Source of the DNA: Bugula neritina
Taxonomy: Eukaryota > Animalia > Bryozoa
Direction: 5' to 3'
DNA: 64,000 nt
NCBI GenBank assembly: GCA_964035545.1
Contig: OZ037767.1
Coordinates: 5,038,707 to 5,102,706, forward strand
Part shown: piece after piece, positions 55,380-64,000 of the stretch
Layout of the letters: each line of letters begins with the position of its first letter
Numbering within the stretch: the first letter of the stretch is position 1
The notes under the pieces: model-generated
What the model saw: only the letters and a program-made list of their open reading frames with translations
Database searches by the model: none
What the model was told of the DNA's origin: nothing
Position numbers and translations under genes: made by a program

Positions 55380-55740
55380 CTATGGTACATCAAAATTAAA
55401 GCTTCGTTGATGAAGTAAATATCCTAAAAGGGTAAGTTATATGTAGCTGAGAAAGGAATATCTGAGCGCCAAAAAAATTCAGTGATGAATCGAGTTGCAA
55501 CGCATTATCAAAAAGGAACAGCGAATAGCTTAACTGTACCCATAATCCCTTGGATTTTATGGTGGGCGGAAATTCTTTACGCCTGCGTAGCAATGGCTAA
55601 AAATAGACCAATGATGATCTCATCATTAATTGCACCACTGACCTCTGACCTGACATATAGACACTGAATTTATATTCGTTTGCCAGGCACTTGTTCAACG
55701 TTCCCGGTGGTTACTACGAATAAAAGCAGGTGCACATGCT
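55380..55740. promoter_or_regulatory. Putative bidirectional promoter of PPM1 (-) and SELENON (+)
   Basis: CpG-containing core with GC box GGGCGG 55564-55569 and CCAAT 55608-55612. Candidate outward donors at 55380 (minus, AG|GTATTT) and 55730 (plus, CAG|GTGCAC). Confidence 0.55.
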
Positions 55741-55899
55741 AAGTTGTCTCATTCAAAAATTACGATCGTAATAATAATTAGAAATAACTTGTTACTATAA
55801 TGTTGTTATTACTGATAAACCCTATTTTCTCGAGGCTTCATCCACAAATTTCATCAATCAATGCTAAAAGTAAAACTAAATGTATAGTTTAATTTTATT

Positions 55900-56630
55900 C
55901 CTAAGGCTAAGCAAATACTAATACTAATAGTAATACTAATAGTAATAGTGAAATTCAAATAGCTATGCTATTAGTATTACTTATGCTTATACTTATACTT
56001 ATACTTATAGTTATAGTGATAGTAAATCAAAATGTAATGCTCGTATTCATACTGATAGTGATACCCATACTCATACTCTTAGTCATACTCAAACTGTAAC
56101 TGTAAGTATTAGTAGTAATTTACTAATTATCTAATACTAAAAGTAAAAGTTATACTTATACTTTATACTATAAATATGATTTTAACTTCAACTTATAAAT
56201 TTAACTTTAAGTATAACTGAGTAATCAGACTAGTAATAACTATAAGCCTATAATAATTAATATTGCAATTATTATTATTAAAGTAATACTAATAGTTATA
56301 CTTATCACTTATGCCTATGCCTATGGCTATGCCCTATCACTATGGTAATGGTTATGTCTATGGTAATGTCAATGGTATATCTATAAGTACTAGGCCTAGT
56401 GAAACTAAATGTAATACTAATAGTAATATTATTGGTATACTAATACTAATACTAATAGTACTACTATTACTATTAGTATACCATTAGTAATAGTACTACA
56501 TTTACTAGCCCTAGTACTAGTAGATGTACCATATACCGATACTCACTATCATGCCCATAGACTGATAGACCATAGAGTTAGACATGGTTATATAGTCAAT
56601 GTCATTCTAGTAGTAATAGTAATAGTTATC
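55900..56630. repeat. Degenerate (ANT)n field
   Basis: aatactaatagt, acttatacttat and agtaatagtaat runs. Confidence 0.85.
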
Positions 56631-57441
56631 ATGATATTTCAATTGTATCATTTTTGGTGCTGGCGCTAATTGTAGCACGAGTAATGAATTGAAAATGTTA
56701 ATTAGAGAGGAGCAAGTAAATTGTTGAATGGTTTGATATTGATATTTATACTGAGATTTCAAGTTTATTCTTTCTAGAAAATGCATCAGTCTGCTTCAGT
56801 TTCAAAGATTATATATAGACTCTGTGATTCATCTCAGGTTGAACCATTAACTAAAAAAAGTACAGAAGTCACTATGAATTTTGGAAAAATTTGAAATATT
56901 TTTAAAAAAAATAGATGGCAACGGTGATCAATAATTTTTACAAAACTACTAAAGTTATTTCGGATCTGTGTCCTCTTATTTTTTCATATTGGCTTGCTGG
57001 AAAAAAATATTTTGGAGCGTGGAATTTCGCTTGATTGCTTTGCTTTTCAGCAGTAAAAGGAACAGTTAATTTTTGTAGTAAGATGTGAAATGTTAAGAAA
57101 ACTACCTCACACTTGGCAGCTTTATTTTGAAACGTAAAAGTGTTATGCCCTTTCTTAAAGGGAAAATTAGAGGAAAAACTGTGAATTTAAAAGCATTTCA
57201 AAATATTGTGTTGATCTACATTTTCAGGTGGTCTTAACCTCATAGAGGTGGTATCACTCATGTTAGGAAAATCATGTTTGATTAATTCAGGTTTTTGTAG
57301 TTCTAATAGCAATCAGACTAACCCTAAAACTGTTGGTAGCGAGAAAATATCCCACTGGAATCATGTACGCAAGTTTTGTATTTCTACAGACATTATGTGG
57401 TCTTTTTGCACAGTGAAGTAAACGTAAGTATGTAACATAAC

Positions 57442-60400
57442 ATGGACTCCCAGTCTGACCAATCAGAAGTGTCCGCTACTGCTGATGATACTAATCAAGT
57501 AACGAAGAAGGTTACGGGTCATGATGCAATAGAAGACAACTCTCAAAACATAATAATTGAACTGACCCCATTTCAATGGAGAGTCTTGATAGCTAGCACT
57601 TCCCTTCTGGTTCTCACTGTCGCAGTTGGGATTGGAATATGGGTTGAGAGTGGATCCAGTCATTGGAGGTCTGACCCTGAGGTATGCTAGTTGTGAGTTG
57701 CTAGTTGTTGGTTGCCATTGATATACTACATAGTGTGCTTAAAAATCACTTTGAGAAATGATACAGTGTTTAGCAATCTCTGGTAATACTGTGGCTGGGA
57801 ACTTACCATGTTGTACTTGAACCATATCGTTATTGTATAGTAATAATGCACCATCATTATCAGAGTAAAATATATTGTAAATTGTAATTTTATAATTACG
57901 TAAATCTTTTTTTTTATTTTTGTTTTGTTTTGAAGTTAGACTTTTAGCTCTCTCATTGTTGCTTTAAAATAGCGTATTTATAATCTACCTTTTGATAATT
58001 TTAGGATTTCAGGAAATTTGGAGCTGAAGTGCTGACATTTTTTCGACAGCACGATGTGAACGATGACGGAGCTCTGGACCTGACTGAGTTTGAGCCATTG
58101 GCTCATGTGCTGATTGATGTGAACGCAAGTATTCCATAACCTTCCTGAACATTCTATAGTAACTCATTCAAAGTAAACTTGCTTAGCTTCTTCTGACTTT
58201 CAAGGCTCTGCCTTGGAGTTGTCTGCTAAATTTAAAATGTTTTTTAGTCGTATACCATGATTTGTACTAGCTAACTTGATAGTTTATCTGCTGGTGGTAT
58301 TCTATTTAACCTGAATTTCTTTTTGCTTCGTTTCCTCAAGGTGCATAATAATCCTACTGTATGTTTAGCATGAATTGTTTTGATCGATATCCAGTCAGTA
58401 AGTTATTTGTCTTTTTTGTGCCGGTTAACAGCAAGTTTTATTCTACTTAGATAAGGTTATTAAATACAAATTCCTTTACTAAAACTAAGCAAGTTTACTA
58501 CAAATGTTACATGCATTCTTGTTGGATATTTCTAACATATAAACTTCGCTCAAGAAAGAGAATTAGACATCTATATAAAAATTTACTGACAAGATCCATG
58601 TCCAATGTGTAACGGACTATACACAACAGCAGTCAAAGGTCATCATTAAACAGGGGGATAGGGCTCACTGTTCAAATCATAACAGCAAGTTAATGAGATT
58701 TTTATTGTATGACAACACATTCATAGGAGCATGCAATAGTGTTGTAAGCAGGAAGCTGGGGGCAGCCATGTGGATGTTTGTTAGGGAGTGATTCTGCCAG
58801 GTTGGGGCGATGTGACTGGCCAGATTTAGTTGCGAAAGTGCGATGTTTACCTAAACTCCTGGTGTATATAAGATGCTGTCTTTTCTGTTCAGTGATAGAA
58901 GTTGTTAGCTTTTAAAGAGAAGAAAGGCATTATTTAATTCTGGAAAGATTTTTATAGGCCTTACTTCTTTCTGTATTACGTTTTAATATTATACCAGTAT
59001 AAAATATCATTATCAAGCAACATATAGAGAGAAACAAAAAGACTTCACGGTGTTGCTTGTGGAACTAAAGTGTTTATCAATAAATTTAAACTACATTCTA
59101 CAAAACACCAGTGATTCTTCAACCTCTCTTTGCTTGTGTGGTCGTTAGTGGACCAATCAGAAACCACTACACAATGCTTAAGTTGCGTTTATACCTTCAC
59201 GATTTTCGGTCAAAATTTCAATTTGGCCGGGTTGAAATTTCTCCGAGTTGCATTGCATTGTAAAAGCCACCCGTTGAAATTTTTGTACTGTGATAACTTA
59301 ATCGGCCAATTTTAGATTAGGAGTAATAACTCCTTGTAAACATCGTTATTTAGTTATTACTTTGGCGATTAGACAACGTACTTATACGGTTCTAATTATA
59401 TAGCCTACGCCTTCTCAATTATCGCTTTTATGCTTTCCGCTTCACTAATTCACGACGTTTACAAAGGGCATCAAATAGCTATTATGCGAGTCAAATTTCA
59501 ATTTCAGAAAGTGAGCAACCGCATCAATATGATTTCAACGAGTTTCGGTTTGACTATAAAGGGGTACCCGGACAAGCATTATTAACTTAAACTCGGTACT
59601 TTTTTCAGCAGAGGTATAAACGCAACTTTACTGTAAAGTTAAAAACAATTGAAAGAAATAAACAAAGCTGGACTTGATGACAAGTTGTTTTGTAACTTGA
59701 TGTGAATCAAAATGCTGCAAAATAGTTCAGTTGTATGTATTTTCCATTAATGTACTGCCGTGTGGTTTTTTTATCTTTTTTCAACATGCACAAAATCTGA
59801 GAGTGGTTTTCCTTGTTCCTCTTTTCTTCACAGTCACTAGGGCAATACTTGTATCCAATACCTACATCTCACTCTATGCTTCTTTCTTTGTGAGTACAAT
59901 GCTGCTTTTTGTTCATTTAAATTGCGTTCACACTTTTCTGTTTGTTTCTCTTATTTTTGACCCCGTTTAGTATGTCTTACTTCCCTGTTTTATCTACATA
60001 CAATGTCAAAGGAATGTGCTGTAAGGGGATGTGTCACATTACTATTTGATGGTTTAGTTGATCTGAAGTAGTATGAAAGAGTTGGGTTTAGCTGAAAATG
60101 TCATGCACTATAGTAATATATTTGCACAATTTCTCAGATAAAGTATCTTACTAAAAAACTGAAAAAAATCTAATACGTCATTTTGAGTTTAGACAAAATT
60201 TGTTTTTAGACTAGTTGTTTAGTTTAAACTTCTCATAAATAAATGTCTTTCTGATTCTAACATTTGATTTCAATTTATTTATTAAATTGAAAGTTAGTTT
60301 TTACATAATTGTATGAATACTCTACTACTAATTTCTCTCAGTAACAATTATCAGTTAGCCTAAATTAATTTGTCTGTGATTTGTAGGTGAGCATAACGTA

Positions 60401-63141
60401 TGATTTGCCAGTGGACCCAGACGATAGTGTTGTTACGGTTGGGGCTCACTTTCAACCCATCGACCTTGACTCTATGCAAAGTGTGGCTAGTAAAAACTAC
60501 GATTTGGCCAATCCTGATGTAAGAACTTTTTCAAGCATGTAATATTTGTTAATGCTGCTTTAACAAGCACTCAGTTGCATGTGTTGTAAGTTTTCAGGTT
60601 ATTTTATAATAATTTATTTGTATCGAATGACATTTTACTTTGTGTTTAACTACTTCATCACCCTTGTATACAATTTAGAGCTCATAATTACATGAAATTT
60701 GTAGTTAGCAATTAGTTTATTAGCTATTCACTAATTTGTGCTCTGCTAGGACATATCCAGGTCAAATGTAGCCAGATAGTACGTTTTGCTAACACAGCTC
60801 TGTCTGTTTCATGTTTGTTACACTATTCTACACATTATCTACTCAGTATTTTTAAATGAAAATTATTTAGGCTTCTTGCGGTTTTATTTATAGGCCCATT
60901 CATATGCTATATGTGTTGTAACTGCAAACATACTGGGCACATTTACTTGAGGTTGTTTTCTCTTGTCATACCTTTGTGTTTATAGCCTTTGTGATTGCTA
61001 TATCTTATTTTTAAAACAATTCGCAGCTTCTTCCATTAACTGCTTTACGACTTTGGACAAAGCCAGCTGTGGAGCTCAAGAACTTTGCCACTAAACATTT
61101 CTCCCTCTTCCTGTCCAAGAGTAATGCAGCCATTGGTGTCCCGTACCACATTACCCCATTTAGTTTCCAACCAGAAGATGAAATGTACGACATGAAATAC
61201 ACCATGCTTTCTAGCAACAGGTTGGACAATATATTTCATATACCTGTTCAAAAGTTTAACTACCAGAAGCTTAGCTTTTGCAGTTCTTGTCACACATTGG
61301 GTTAACTAATTGGTATTTGAGACATACCACTTTAATAGGTGCACTGCAATATTTTCAGACAAAAACGTATAACTGATGTTAAATGTGGCAACAACTTGCA
61401 AAATTTACACACACACGCACATATACACACACAACAAACACACGCATACACACACAACAAACACACGCATACACACACAACAAACACACACAACAAACAC
61501 ACAAGTTATTTCTATACAATTCTGCTCATTTGATGATCTACTTTGTTATTAAATGTATATTGTTGACTGTTTGCTGTGACTCTGTCACTTGCTTGCTGTT
61601 AGATACCATCCTCCACGTGTGACTGGAGACCTCATTGTCCTGCACAACCTCTTAGCCATGTTTCATCCCAGTCCTTTCATCAACTCTCGGTTCGCACCAC
61701 AGGGCTCCCTCGCCTGTCTCAGAGCTTTCAATGACCAATGGCTAGACATTTCAATCAGGTACAGTCAATTGTAACAGCTTGTTTGGTAGTTGTTTTCTCT
61801 TGGCTTTTTAATTTCGATTACAAAATTAATGACATCTTTTGATTTATACATTGCAATAATGTCTAATGCTTAATTCGTATTAACTGAGTTGTCTAATTCC
61901 ACCCTTAAATTGTCTGAAACTGTCATGTCATGTGACATCTGAAACTGTCCCAACACTGTCATGTGGCATCTGAAACTGTCCCATCACTGTCATGTGACAT
62001 CTGAAACTGTCTCATCATTGTCATGTGACATCTGAAACTGTCCCAACACTGTCATGTGACATCTGAAACTGTCCCATCACTGTCATGTGACATGCATTTT
62101 TAGGATTCACGCCGAGTTCCAGTTACAGAGGCCTCCTCGTCAGCCATTTTGGTTCACGCCTGCTCAGTTCAAAGGTCGTCTGATCATTTCCAAAGACTTG
62201 TCTGAAATAAAGTACTTCAGGTTATACGTACCAAGTAACAGGCGACTAAATGTTGGTGAGTAATAGGGATGGTAGTTGCATTCGGTTTACCATATTGGTC
62301 TTCTCAGTCAATGATAAGTAGCTTAGATATTTGCAGTGAATTGTAGTCAATATTATTACATATATCAAATCAAAATATTATTAACTTTTCACACTGACGA
62401 TACTTTCCCAGTCATGTAATTTCTTACTAGCGATGTTGTAGACAGCAATTTATCAACATTTAAACAAATTCTTTAATTTATGACAAGTTGGTTCAAAATG
62501 AAATGCTCGTTCATATGTAGGATCAAGATCCTGTTTTATATTTTACGTAATAGTTTTTGTGAAAGACTGTATTGCGAAAGATATAATGCAAACTGTCTCC
62601 CTTACCTTTTTGCTTTCTAAATATGAATGCCTCGAGATCCGGTTATAGACGGAAAGTTTGACTGAAGTTTCCGACTACAAGTTATACGTGACTTTGATTG
62701 GTAATTTTGGCAGCATGCAACAACGAGCTGGCTGTGTCAGTTGGCAGCTTTCTGAAGGTCGCCTGTTTACATTTTGACATCAATTTGAGTTAATTTCTCC
62801 AGATTTAGATTTATATTTTTAAAGCTAACCATTCATTACTTATGTAACCGGACCGCCTTACTTAGACTAAGGGGCTGGTATTGATAACTGTAGACATGGA
62901 GTGGTTGAAGAATGATCCTGACCACACAATGGACGTGGACATAGGCTACATGAAGCAGATGGAACTTAGGCTAACATCTGCATCGAGGCCGGCCACTTAC
63001 GAGGGCTATGACCTGCGCACCTCACTCAAGCCTGAGACTGAGCCTTATGATGCACGGCTACAGGACATTAAGTGGACCAATGAGGTTCAAGTAGATGTGT
63101 GCGAGAGGGCTATGGAGTTGGTTTTCTATCCTTTTAAATCG
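57442..63141 (+). CDS. SELENON: Selenoprotein N (ER membrane, EF-hand); 3' exons including the expected Sec codon lie beyond the window
   Basis: Exons 57442-57681 (N-terminal TM helix); 58005-58124 (EF-hand [13 protein letters not shown]); 60387-60518 (AHFQPI); 61027-61220 (LSSNR); 61603-61758 ([23 protein letters not shown]); 62104-62255 ([28 protein letters not shown]); 62894-63141 ([20 protein letters not shown]). All of these match recognisable SelN motifs. Confidence 0.92.
59181..59627. mobile_element. PIF/Harbinger-like MITE, copy 2 (inverted)
   Basis: Perfect 17-bp TIR AGTTGCGTTTATACCT(T/C)..AGGTATAAACGCAACT except at its innermost base. TSD TTA at 59178-59180 and 59628-59630. Confidence 0.9.
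61912..62092. repeat. 31-bp minisatellite, ~5.5 copies
   Basis: Unit catctgaaactgtcccaacactgtcatgtga. It ends ~10 bp before the SELENON acceptor at 62103. Confidence 0.92.
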
Positions 63142-64000
63142 GTAACACAATCTAGTTTTCTCAACTTGCTTTTACAACTTGTAACATGCTAGCTATGATT
63201 ACAGGCATCAGTTTCTGTACAGTAATTGAGTCATCTATGTCACATTTCAATATGCTATTGAGTTTTGGATGAGTATCCATGTTGTGTGTTTGAAGAAAAC
63301 TACATCAAGATACTAATAAGGCATGCAGAAAAGGCCAATTGCATGGATATATAACAATAGCAAGTGCCAATTGCTATTTATAAACTATGTTTTCTATTAG
63401 GTGTCAAACATTTCTTCTTTTTACAATTTTGAGTTTAGAAACCTAATTCAATTGTTATGAATGTAGATAATAATGCCAATAATCTACCCCAAGTACTATT
63501 ATTCGATGTGATTTTGAGTCGTAAACAAAAATAATTTGTGATGAGCTACTGTTCAGTGAATCAGTTAGTTACTGACACACTATGCATATCCTGTGCACTT
63601 TTGCTGAGGTACATGTAAACCTCTAAAGGCAAGCAAACTAATAGGTAAGCCTGACCATGCTCTTTCACAAACTTTCAACAAACCTTCACAACCCTCTCCC
63701 CCCCCCCTCCCCGATTCTAAAATGTGTACAAGTCTCCACTTTTGTTTCCTTGGGGAGAGGGTTGTGCCACAAAACAAAATTATTGTTAGAATAATGTTGT
63801 AAAAATAGTCAACATTATCTGTATAAGTTGTAGATGCTGAGTAATATTGTATTCATTCACATTTCAGTAGTATACCTTGAGTAACTTTAGATAGCTGTAG
63901 TGATACTGTGGAAATGTTTACGTCACGTATCAACTTACAAGATTACAGAGAAATAAAGATCCTTTATCAATGCTGGCCAACACAAACTACCAAATACGTT

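Noticed and set aside
63142-64000. Search for the Sec-containing exon or SECIS of SELENON
   Set aside because: No matching exon or SECIS-like element was seen. This stretch appears intronic.

Overview
AT-rich, intron-dense eukaryotic genomic DNA from an invertebrate animal. The gene content is metazoan; a lophotrochozoan such as a bryozoan is a guess only. I reconstructed five spliced genes by hand, and all exon phases are mutually consistent. (1) A mixed-lineage kinase (MAP3K9/10/11/21 type: SH3, kinase, leucine zippers, CRIB) on the minus strand runs off the left edge. (2) A 38-coding-exon pecanex gene (~2125 aa) on the plus strand lies head-to-head with it. (3) A complete MyD88 gene (death domain + TIR + C-terminal tail) is nested antisense inside one 7-kb pecanex intron. 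(4) A PPM1A/B-type PP2C phosphatase on the minus strand lies tail-to-tail with pecanex. (5) Selenoprotein N (SELENON) on the plus strand lies head-to-head with PPM1 and runs off the right edge. Introns carry tRNA-derived SINEs, several MITEs (hAT type with an 8-bp TSD, PIF/Harbinger type with TAA/TTA TSDs, Tc1/mariner type), a LINE 3' remnant and many minisatellites. The most notable observations are: the nested MyD88 with two possible C-termini and no BB-loop proline; the MLK-pecanex head-to-head pair, which mirrors three human paralogous pairs; both divergent promoters bracketed by (ANT)n low-complexity fields; tandem amplification of splice sites; a GC/GT tandem donor deciding whether the pecanex C-terminal domain is made; and a DFG-to-DLG change in the kinase. 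No rRNA, bona fide tRNA or CRISPR array was found.
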